From positions 76,789 to 92,591 of the forward strand of contig JABXKD010000004.1 of the NCBI GenBank assembly GCA_013375475.1: a stretch of DNA of 15,803 bases, in the 5' to 3' direction. Of this stretch, positions 8,941 to 15,803 are shown one piece after another. Origin of the DNA: Promethearchaeota archaeon. Lineage in GTDB: Archaea; Asgardarchaeota; Lokiarchaeia; Sigyniarchaeales; SOKP01. The translations under genes and the position numbers were made by a program. Within the stretch, counting starts at the first letter, position 1. Each line of letters opens with the position of its first letter. The notes beneath the pieces are model-generated. The model had not been told where the DNA came from and ran no database searches. It was given only the letters and a program-made list of their open reading frames with translations.

Positions 8941-8952
8941 GATTTAGCTATT

Positions 8953-9618
8953 TTAAGAACTAGTGGCTGGCGGTCTGATTTTTTCTCTTTCTGCTAATCT
9001 TTCTGAGTGTTCTTTCTTTAGATCAGCTAATTTATTCTGTTTTTTAATAAAGTTCTTATTTATTTCCGTGATATCAGTTTCAAGATTATTTAAATCTTTC
9101 TGAAGTTTTAGGTAAGTTTCCTCTGCTCTTGAAGTCTTCTCGCTAGGAGCATTTTCACTGACTAATTTAACATATACTAACATCTTTTTCGCTAGATTAC
9201 CTCTGTCTTTAGCTATATGAAGCTTCTTATTAGCAAGTTTTACCTTTACTTCCGCAATTTCAGTTTCTCCATTTGCTATCTTACGCTGAGTTTCAGCAAT
9301 CTTTGTTTGAATTTCAGCAACCCTTTCATTATAAATAGCTTGATCTTTCTCTATTTTTAAACCTTCATCACCATATTGCAATAGATCTTTTACTTTTACT
9401 TTTTTTTCAATTAACTTCTTTGTTTTCTCAGCTAAGCGTTCTCTTACCTTAGTAAGCTCAACTTCGGCCTCAACAAGCATTTCTCTAGCTTTAGCTCTTT
9501 TTACTGTTAGTTTAGCTAAAGACTTCATTTCATTTGCAGATTCTTCTTCCTGTTTCGCTATAATAGAATTTTCATCTGCTAATCTTTCCACATTTTTAAT
9601 CTCTTCCATATTCATCAT
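8953..9618 (-). CDS. All-helical coiled-coil protein of unknown function
   Basis: 221 aa, rich in E/K/A/L, with regular (I/L/V)A heptads (VAEIQTK IAETQRK IANGETE IAEVKVK LANKKLH IAKDRGN LAKKMLV); helix breaks at QYGDEG and ENAPSEK. Confidence 0.85.
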   Translation of the reverse strand: MMNMEEIKNVERLADENSIIAKQEEESANEMKSLAKLTVKRAKAREMLVEAEVELTKVRERLAEKTKKLIEKKVKVKDLLQYGDEGLKIEKDQAIYNERVAEIQTKIAETQRKIANGETEIAEVKVKLANKKLHIAKDRGNLAKKMLVYVKLVSENAPSEKTSRAEETYLKLQKDLNNLETDITEINKNFIKKQNKLADLKKEHSERLAEREKIRPPATSS

Positions 9619-9704
9619 CTCTTTTTATTTGGTTTGTGTTTATTTTTTACATTTTTTAGTAAATTTTTTTATAGAAATTGTCCTAACTTCATCATTTATT
9701 TAGA

Positions 9705-9848
9705 CTATCCATAAATCTCATCTTCGTCCTCTAAATCTTCGTCTTCGTCGTCATCTTCATAATCCTCCTCTTCCTCCTCTTCTTCCTCTTCATCATTATC
9801 GTCTTCATATTCATCAGATTCATAATCATACTTCTTTTTCATTTCCAT
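9705..9848 (-). CDS. Unannotated highly acidic micro-protein (47 aa) ending in IYG
   Basis: Manual translation MEMKKKYDYESDEYEDDNDEEEEEEEEEDYEDDDEDEDLEDEDEIYG*; 32 of 47 residues are D/E with mixed synonymous codons; SD-like AGGAGTGGAG just upstream. Alternative in-frame ATGs lie at 9878 (57 aa) and 9842. Too short for the ORF track. Confidence 0.75.
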   Translation of the reverse strand: MEMKKKYDYESDEYEDDNDEEEEEEEEEDYEDDDEDEDLEDEDEIYG

Positions 9849-9914
9849 CGGTTCTCCACTCCTTTTATGATATTTCATCAGTTTTTAATTATTTTTAAAG
9901 ATAATTCTTAATCA

Positions 9915-9999
9915 TGATAACATAATATTTAAATGTTTTCATATGCAAACAATTCCTAGAATCGACAACCTTATATACATTGAAAACATATTTTTATCA
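9915..9999. promoter_or_regulatory. Divergent promoter region with TATA-like boxes and repeated TGAWAACAT boxes
   Basis: TGATAACAT (9915-9923) and ATGTTTTCA (9933-9941) flank TTTAAATA on the minus strand (9925-9932); TTATATA on plus (9971-9977) is followed by TGAAAACAT (9981-9989). Confidence 0.5.
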
Positions 10000-10035
10000 C
10001 AAGACTTAATGTAAAAAAGGATACTGTATTTTTAA

Positions 10036-10605
10036 ATGGCAAAAAAAAATCCTTCAAAGAAAAGTAATTATCTTGGTTTTAGGCTTTCGGAAGAAGTACT
10101 CAACAAGCTAGATCTAATTGCACAGCAGGAGAATAAGTCGCGTGGTTTGGTTGCCAAAGATGCTATTGAGCAATGGCTTAATTTAGAATTATTTAATCAA
10201 AATAACAACTTGATTATGATATCTAAAACCACATTCTCTAAATTTTTATCTAAAGTGAATGATGAAGATTTAAATAGTTTAGCTAATGAAGTTTCTTCCT
10301 TATATTCTGACCTAATGAAATTTTTGGTAGCAGAACCTATGAATGACGATTCATTGAAGTCTTATACGGGAGTTTCAATTGAATTATTTGGAAAAAATGG
10401 ATTAAAATGGTTTAATACTATCGATATTCAGATTCAAAAGAATATTTTAATCTTTAGAGGTTTACATGACTTAGATGAGATTTTTTCAAATTACTTTTCA
10501 TTCTTATACAAAAATCTTTTATCCGAATTTTTTGAGTTAGAACTTATATTAACACGGGAAGAAAAAACCTCAAATTTAGTACATTTAGAGTTTGACTTTA
10601 AATGA
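10036..10605 (+). CDS. Ribbon-helix-helix (CopG/MetJ-like) DNA-binding protein with uncharacterised C-terminal alpha/beta domain
   Basis: YLGFRLSEEVLNKLDLIAQQENKSRGLVAKDAIEQWL fits the RHH strand-helix-helix pattern; about 135 further residues follow. Confidence 0.75.
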   Translation: MAKKNPSKKSNYLGFRLSEEVLNKLDLIAQQENKSRGLVAKDAIEQWLNLELFNQNNNLIMISKTTFSKFLSKVNDEDLNSLANEVSSLYSDLMKFLVAEPMNDDSLKSYTGVSIELFGKNGLKWFNTIDIQIQKNILIFRGLHDLDEIFSNYFSFLYKNLLSEFFELELILTREEKTSNLVHLEFDFK

Positions 10606-10662
10606 GATTAATTGAATCACAGTCTTTAAATTCAATAAAATTAAAGTGTTTGGATAAATACT

Positions 10663-11751
10663 ATGAATTTTAATAAAGTAGAACAAGCTAAAATCTATTT
10701 ATTAGCCTTTACAGTCCAAGATTTAAAGGGTATATGTAAAAAATATGGAATTAGAGGTTTTTCAAACTTAAATAAAGATGACATAATAAATCTTATTTTA
10801 ATATCAATTCCTAATAATATATTTCCCTCATTTTTAAAGGATTTGGAGCAAAAATCGTTAAATTCGATTATTTCACTAGTCCCAAAATATTTTAAAAAAG
10901 AAAATCCAACAAAACTCGAATCTTTACAGTTTGATGATAAAAATAATATTATAAGGTTAATCTTTAAAGGCTTCAAGTGGGAAATATATACAAATATTCA
11001 ATTTTTAAATTTAGAGAAAAAAACTGAACCTTTAAATTTCAAGTATAAATGTAATTGTGTATATGCTAAAGATGGAGGATTTTGTAGCCATTTTTGGGTA
11101 GGTATGATATGGGGATTCCGCAAATTCAACATAAATGCTTCCCGTTGGGATAAATTTAACCTCCCAGAAATATTTGACGAATTAATAAATAATTTGGATT
11201 TTAAATTCTTCTATAAAGACACATCGAAGCAGGAAAAAATTGGAATTTATTCAGTAGAAGAATTTTTAAAAACAAATTTAATGGGTAAAACTAAATTTAA
11301 CTTTGAGGATTTAGAAGATATTTCAGCTAAAGAAATAATAAAATTTATCTCAGGAACAAAAATCAAGATTACAGAAAACGAGAAATTAAAGCCAGTAAAA
11401 AAGAAATTAATTGATTTAATAAAAGATGAGTTAGATATCGTTGAATTTAGTAAAATGTTTTTTAATTTTAAAAAAAATTCTAGAATTTTAGAAGCTAAAA
11501 AAATTCCAGTAGATATTATTAAGGTTGAATGGGGCCCACCAGTCAATTGTTACGCAAGATTCAGAATGAATGAACAAGATGAAAAAGATCTCGATGTGAT
11601 TATAGAAAATAATCAGATTAAGCATAATAACTGCCATTGGGTTTATCATCGCTCAAATTTTTGTAGCCATTTAATTGCATTTTTTTTACATTTATCGAAC
11701 AGAAATCTTCCAAAAACTCTTGAATATCTTAAAGAATATTCAAAAGAGTAA
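10663..11751 (+). CDS. SWIM zinc-finger protein with Rho_N/SAP-like HeH domain, internally duplicated
   Basis: FTVQDLKGICKKYGIRGFSNLNKDDIINLI (HeH); CNC-x8-CSH (SWIM); second copy HNNC-x9-CSHLIAFF at the C-terminus. Confidence 0.78.
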   Translation: MNFNKVEQAKIYLLAFTVQDLKGICKKYGIRGFSNLNKDDIINLILISIPNNIFPSFLKDLEQKSLNSIISLVPKYFKKENPTKLESLQFDDKNNIIRLIFKGFKWEIYTNIQFLNLEKKTEPLNFKYKCNCVYAKDGGFCSHFWVGMIWGFRKFNINASRWDKFNLPEIFDELINNLDFKFFYKDTSKQEKIGIYSVEEFLKTNLMGKTKFNFEDLEDISAKEIIKFISGTKIKITENEKLKPVKKKLIDLIKDELDIVEFSKMFFNFKKNSRILEAKKIPVDIIKVEWGPPVNCYARFRMNEQDEKDLDVIIENNQIKHNNCHWVYHRSNFCSHLIAFFLHLSNRNLPKTLEYLKEYSKE

Positions 11752-11784
11752 AAAAAATATAAAATAAAAAAGTTTTTTGCTTTT
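11750..11784. terminator. Probable bidirectional oligo-T terminator between convergent genes
   Basis: A-runs followed by TTTTTTGCTTTT in the 35-bp gap between convergent stops. Confidence 0.45.
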
Positions 11785-11786
11785 CA

Positions 11787-12500
11787 CTAATCATTTGGAG
11801 ATATTTTATAGTTAATTAAGATAAGCAATAAGAAAATAGCTCCAGGGGGAAGGAAAATTAGCATGAAAATTCCTGTGATTTCATGTATACGATAGTACAG
11901 TTCTATCATTAGTATTCCAATATTAATTATAAACGCTCCTGTTAAAGCTGTGATATAACTAGGTTTTTCTAAGATTTTCCAGGTTGTGAAGACAAAAATC
12001 AATGCTCCTCCAACAATCAAAATATATGCCCATATTGGAACATTTGCCTCTTGAAAAAAATTGGGCACTCTGAAAGCAGCTTCAATCATGAAAAAGAAGA
12101 AAGAACCCGATATCAACATCAGTGAGACATTATAGGCGTTTTGATTGGGAAGAATTTCCTTGCTGTGATAATATGCAACGATAATAAGAACAGAAAAAGT
12201 AATTACAGGCAATATAATAAAAATACTTATCCAAAGATTCCTTAAAACAAGAGCAAAATAAGCAATAATAAAAACTTCACCAATTAATACTACAACTGTT
12301 CCTATTGTCTCTAATCGACGCCCTTCAACAAGAAAAATACCAATAAAATAAGTACTTAAACCCGCTATTGTTATGTATAATCCATAAATCCAAGTAGTTT
12401 CTATTGTTAAAGGAAAAACAACAATAATGTTTATTAAAACGGCAACTAGTATTACAATATTTATAATTCCGGTAATAATTAAGACTTTTTTCTTATCCAT
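11787..12500 (-). CDS. Hypothetical polytopic membrane protein (~8 TM)
   Basis: 237 aa of hydrophobic segments with short loops; no family motif recognised. Confidence 0.8.
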   Translation of the reverse strand: MDKKKVLIITGIINIVILVAVLINIIVVFPLTIETTWIYGLYITIAGLSTYFIGIFLVEGRRLETIGTVVVLIGEVFIIAYFALVLRNLWISIFIILPVITFSVLIIVAYYHSKEILPNQNAYNVSLMLISGSFFFFMIEAAFRVPNFFQEANVPIWAYILIVGGALIFVFTTWKILEKPSYITALTGAFIINIGILMIELYYRIHEITGIFMLIFLPPGAIFLLLILINYKISPND

Positions 12501-12546
12501 AATATTTCACACTCTAGTTTTTTTTTAACTAAAAAAAAGAAAAAAA

Positions 12547-13116
12547 TTATTCCTTTTTGCTAAGTTTTTCTGTTCCTGTTAGGCCGTAAAGAAATCGCGT
12601 AAAACCGTTGACAAAAAGAGATATTGCTATGAGGTAAATTGTTATAATAGTATCCAATTCTGCAACGAGTATAGAACTGAAACTTAGAACAATTGTAACA
12701 ATCCCCACAATTATAAGTAGAATTCTGAACCATTTGATAAATTTCTCATTCACTACTCCTGTCCCTACTCTGGCTATTCCTATAATAATTAAACCTATTG
12801 TAAGTAAGAAAATTAAGATATCTGTTGAGAATGTTGGATCTCCTAAAGTTGTAATAAATATTACAAATGAAATTATTATTAGAACAAAACCAGAGATAAA
12901 TTTAGTCGCTTTTCCAATATTACTCAGCTTCTCATTATTGATTGACATGTTTACTCTTGAGATACCTGATATTAAGATGATAATTGTGAATACATAGATT
13001 AAAAATATCAGAGCTGTGCCAGTGTAGAAGAATACAATTGTTGAAAGTATCATTAATATTACCCCGTTGATAATACTTGAGGAAGTAATCCCCTTTTTTT
13101 TAGATTCGTCACTCAT
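12547..13116 (-). CDS. HdeD/DUF308 family membrane protein
   Basis: 189 aa; three repeats of a two-TM unit starting I.G...II and ending G(I/F).R (ISGISRV, IIGIARV, VNGFTRF). Confidence 0.72.
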   Translation of the reverse strand: MSDESKKKGITSSSIINGVILMILSTIVFFYTGTALIFLIYVFTIIILISGISRVNMSINNEKLSNIGKATKFISGFVLIIISFVIFITTLGDPTFSTDILIFLLTIGLIIIGIARVGTGVVNEKFIKWFRILLIIVGIVTIVLSFSSILVAELDTIITIYLIAISLFVNGFTRFLYGLTGTEKLSKKE

Positions 13117-13273
13117 TAAAGATCACTTTTCATATAAAGGTAGTTATATATTTCTTATTATTAGGATTTATAAAAATTTTTAGTTATTTTAAAATAGAAA
13201 CTCATTTAATAAAGTATATTAACCTATCCTCATTTTAATGAAAATATTACTAATTAAACTATAATAAAGATTC

Positions 13274-14719
13274 TTGATAATCAGTACTATTCTCATTTTA
13301 GGATGTTTTTTATCAGTTATTATTTTAATTATAACCAATAAATTAAATAGGGCAATTTCCTCACTGTTAGGTGCTGTGATAACTTATTTTGTGTTAATTT
13401 TTATTGAGGGTTACGATTTTTCAATAATAGTTGATTTATTGTTTGGTACTCCAAGTGACGGATTTGTAAATCTACATTCAATAATATTAATTTTAGCGAT
13501 GATGATGATAGTTCAAATCGCTCATGAAGCAGGCACATTCCAATTCATAGCCGGTAAATTAATCAAATTGTCCAGAGGGAAACCGGTTCTTCTATTGATT
13601 ATTTTTTGTACAGTCACAGTCTTTATTTCAGCAATTTTAAATAATATTTTAACTGTTATTATTATAATTCCGTTAACTATCACAGTATCACGGATATTGA
13701 ATATAAATCCTTCTCCCTACATACTAACCCAAGCAGTTTTAGTAAACATTGGTGGTACGCTCTTCTCAATATCTTCAATTCCTAATATTTTAATAACAAC
13801 TTATGCAAATATAGAATTTTTTGAATTCTTTCTTAATATTGGTACGCTCTCTTTAATTGTGTTTTTATTTACATTAGCGTTTTTCATTCTACTATATAAA
13901 AGCGAGTTAAAAGTTCCAACAGGGGGACCAAAAGTTTTAGAAGAATTTAATGTATGGAATGTGGTGCAGAGTAGACGATTATTGTACCAATCGTTAATCT
14001 CATTTGTGATTTTAATGGTTTTACTTATTGTAATTCCTTCTTCTCTAATCTCTCCTGATATGATAGCTTTAAGCATAGCTTTAATCTTAATTATATTAAC
14101 AAGATTAAATCCTAAAGACATAATTTCAAAGGTCGATCTTGAACTTATCCTTTACTTATTGGGGATATTTATAATTGCGGGAGGTTTAGAAATCACAGGT
14201 GTAACTGATGCAATAGGTATAGCTCTTCTAAATATAGGGGGAGTAAATCTCTATCTGCAACTATTAATTCTGTTATGGTTCTCTGCTTATTTAAGTAGTT
14301 GTATCGATAATATTCCAATAACAAAAGTTTTAATTCCTGTGGCAGATGCTATGGCAGGAAGTGTTCCGTTAATAAATAGAAACAAAATTTTTTATAGTCT
14401 TGCTATTGGAGCAAATTGGGGAGACAATTTGACCCCTTTAGGTGATAATATACTAGTTGTAAATATTGCTGAACAAAATAAGCGCCCGATTAGTTACAAA
14501 TCTTTTTTTAAATTAGGTTTTGTTACAACAAACTATCAATTAATATTGATTTCGCTTTATTATACGGTGGTATTTAATCTGATAGTTGGACTCATAATTT
14601 TAGGAACAGTTATTTTTATAATGGTTATTGTTATTATATTACACAAATTTGGTCCCAATAAAGTTATTTCTCAGATAAATAAAATTACAAAAAAAATCAG
14701 AGATATAATAATAAGGTGA
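13274..14719 (+). CDS. Ion transporter (IT) superfamily permease, ArsB/NhaD/P-protein/SLC13-like
   Basis: 481 aa, more than 11 TM; AGTFQFIA, SAILNNILTV, NIGG...SIPNI, SSCIDNIP, GANWGDNLTPLG..N, ISYKSFFKLG; TTG start (exact start uncertain). Confidence 0.88.
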   Translation: MIISTILILGCFLSVIILIITNKLNRAISSLLGAVITYFVLIFIEGYDFSIIVDLLFGTPSDGFVNLHSIILILAMMMIVQIAHEAGTFQFIAGKLIKLSRGKPVLLLIIFCTVTVFISAILNNILTVIIIIPLTITVSRILNINPSPYILTQAVLVNIGGTLFSISSIPNILITTYANIEFFEFFLNIGTLSLIVFLFTLAFFILLYKSELKVPTGGPKVLEEFNVWNVVQSRRLLYQSLISFVILMVLLIVIPSSLISPDMIALSIALILIILTRLNPKDIISKVDLELILYLLGIFIIAGGLEITGVTDAIGIALLNIGGVNLYLQLLILLWFSAYLSSCIDNIPITKVLIPVADAMAGSVPLINRNKIFYSLAIGANWGDNLTPLGDNILVVNIAEQNKRPISYKSFFKLGFVTTNYQLILISLYYTVVFNLIVGLIILGTVIFIMVIVIILHKFGPNKVISQINKITKKIRDIIIR

Positions 14720-14726
14720 AACAATT

Positions 14727-15350
14727 TTGGTTTTTAAAAATTTAAGTAGAATAAAGACAGCCCTCCCAGAAGTAATTCATATTGTAATGTTTTATAATAA
14801 CGGTACTATATTTCAAACTACATTTGAACATGATATAAATATCCCAAAATTAGGTGATAATCTAGCAGAACTTATACATCATGTTAGAAATGTGTATGAA
14901 CTCAGCCAATTCAAAATGGATAGTTATAAGAAATTAATCTTTGAAACTGAGAATGTTTCCGTTATCATTCTAAAACTCGGGGAAGAGAGTAACATTGCTT
15001 TATTTTTCAAGAAAGAAGAGGAGACCGATTTAAACCTAAGTTCAATTAAAAGATACATTACAAGAATAGAATCTTTAATAGATATGAATGAAGAAGAAAT
15101 AATTCTTGAAGAAATATTAATGAAAGAAGGAATATTGCAAAATGTTCGAAATCTTCTCCAACTTAATCAGGAGAAACTTCAGTCTATTCATGATGAATTG
15201 AAAAGTTTAGATGAAAATGTGATCGCAGAAGCATCAAAACAGCTTGAGAAAGAGTTAATTTCCCTAAATGAAGAACATTCTAAATTAGAAAGAGATATAA
15301 TTAAATATCAAGAGGAAATTTTAGATTTAAGGCATATTATTGAGAAATAA
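14727..15350 (+). CDS. Roadblock/LC7 (profilin-like fold) domain fused to a C-terminal coiled coil
   Basis: First ~118 aa follow helix-beta-beta-helix-beta-beta-beta-helix order (LPEVIHIVMFYNNGTIF; KLIFETENVSVIILKLGEESNIALFF); the last ~85 aa are E/L-rich heptads. TTG start 7 nt after the upstream TGA, with AAGGTGA as SD. Confidence 0.65.
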   Translation: MVFKNLSRIKTALPEVIHIVMFYNNGTIFQTTFEHDINIPKLGDNLAELIHHVRNVYELSQFKMDSYKKLIFETENVSVIILKLGEESNIALFFKKEEETDLNLSSIKRYITRIESLIDMNEEEIILEEILMKEGILQNVRNLLQLNQEKLQSIHDELKSLDENVIAEASKQLEKELISLNEEHSKLERDIIKYQEEILDLRHIIEK

Positions 15351-15593
15351 CTCTCAATATTATCACACAAGTGGTTAACACCCTGGTAAGATTTTAAACT
15401 TGATCACAAGTCTCAATTAATCTATATGTTCCCGTAAAATAAAGGGACAATTTTTAGCAAATTAAGTTTAAATAGAATCATTTCTTGTTGATATATGCTT
15501 ATATTTTCATCCTTTGTATCCATATTAAAATTAAAATGAGATGGATAGATTAAATAGAGTAAATAAAGAAATGAAAGTAACAAGGAAACACTA

Positions 15594-15803
15594 ATGATTT
15601 TTCAAAATTTCTTAGATGTCTTGTTAGGTTGGTTATCTATATATTTTTTTCCAATACTTATATCATTATTAGCAATTGTTATAGGTTATATCATTTATCT
15701 AGTGGTTAAAAAGCAAATCTTAAAACTTGTAAAACTCGAGAAATTAGAGATAAATACAGCAAACAATATAATTAAATTAGTTAAATATCTCATTGTTTTG
15801 ATC
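15594..15803 (+). CDS. Membrane protein N-terminus, probably MscS-family mechanosensitive channel (runs off window)
   Basis: Open from ATG 15594 to the window end: MIFQNFLDVLLGWLSIYFFPILISLLAIVIGYIIYLVVKKQILKLVKLEKLEINTANNIIKLVKYLIVLI. The TM, basic linker, TM layout resembles MscS TM1-TM2; diagnostic TM3 not visible. Confidence 0.55.
   Translation, partial: MIFQNFLDVLLGWLSIYFFPILISLLAIVIGYIIYLVVKKQILKLVKLEKLEINTANNIIKLVKYLIVLI

Noticed and set aside
9717-9830. TCx/TCTTCC low-complexity tract as a microsatellite or repeat array
   Set aside because: No fixed unit; third-position variation fits Asp/Glu codons on the minus strand, so it is treated as a CDS.
11787-12500. Multi-TM protein as a rhodopsin or GPCR-like receptor
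   Set aside because: No DxxxK-type retinal lysine within a final helix, and about 8 rather than 7 TM.
1346-14121. Short track ORFs 1346-1594, 1727-1999, 1802-2014, 2949-3245, 3793-4047, 5949-6131, 6379-6573, 7804-8121, 10695-10976, 11247-11546, 12734-12997, 13801-14121
   Set aside because: They are antisense or off-frame shadows overlapping well-supported genes and carry no motifs.
15351-15593. Short near-palindromes (GTGGTTAACAC, ACTTGATCACAAGT) as an ncRNA or operator
   Set aside because: Arms are 5 bp or shorter and imperfect, as expected by chance; no tRNA-like or extended structure.
1-15803. CRISPR array, rRNA/tRNA, IS or integrase
   Set aside because: No regularly spaced repeats, no GC-rich structured RNA segment, and no transposase or recombinase motifs were seen.

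Overview
AT-rich, gene-dense prokaryotic window of about 19 CDS, two cut by the window edges. I found no rRNA, tRNA, CRISPR array or transposase. An archaeal origin, most likely Asgard (Lokiarchaeia/Promethearchaeia), is inferred rather than proven. The clues are TATA-like boxes, oligo-T terminators, frequent TTG starts, and Roadblock-like, SCP2, SWIM and RHH proteins. Bases 1-5512 (minus strand) hold an acyl-CoA redox cluster: CoA-transferase, crotonase, acyl-CoA dehydrogenase, EtfB, and an EtfA with an N-terminal 2x[4Fe-4S] domain, which suggests electron bifurcation. The middle has an MBL hydrolase, PfpI, a Cys-rich/SCP2 fusion and a GDPD-fold protein with a degenerate active site. The most unusual item is missing from the ORF track: a 47-aa, 68% Asp/Glu micro-protein (9705-9848, minus). 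It ends in ...EDEDEIYG, an HbYX motif resembling the p97/Cdc48 tail. It appears co-transcribed with a three-helix coiled-coil (BAR-like?) protein and lies divergent from an RHH regulator, with repeated operator-like boxes in between. The right part has a tandem (HeH-SWIM)x2 protein, two membrane proteins, an ArsB/NhaD-type transporter coupled to a Roadblock-like/coiled-coil protein, and the start of a probable MscS channel.
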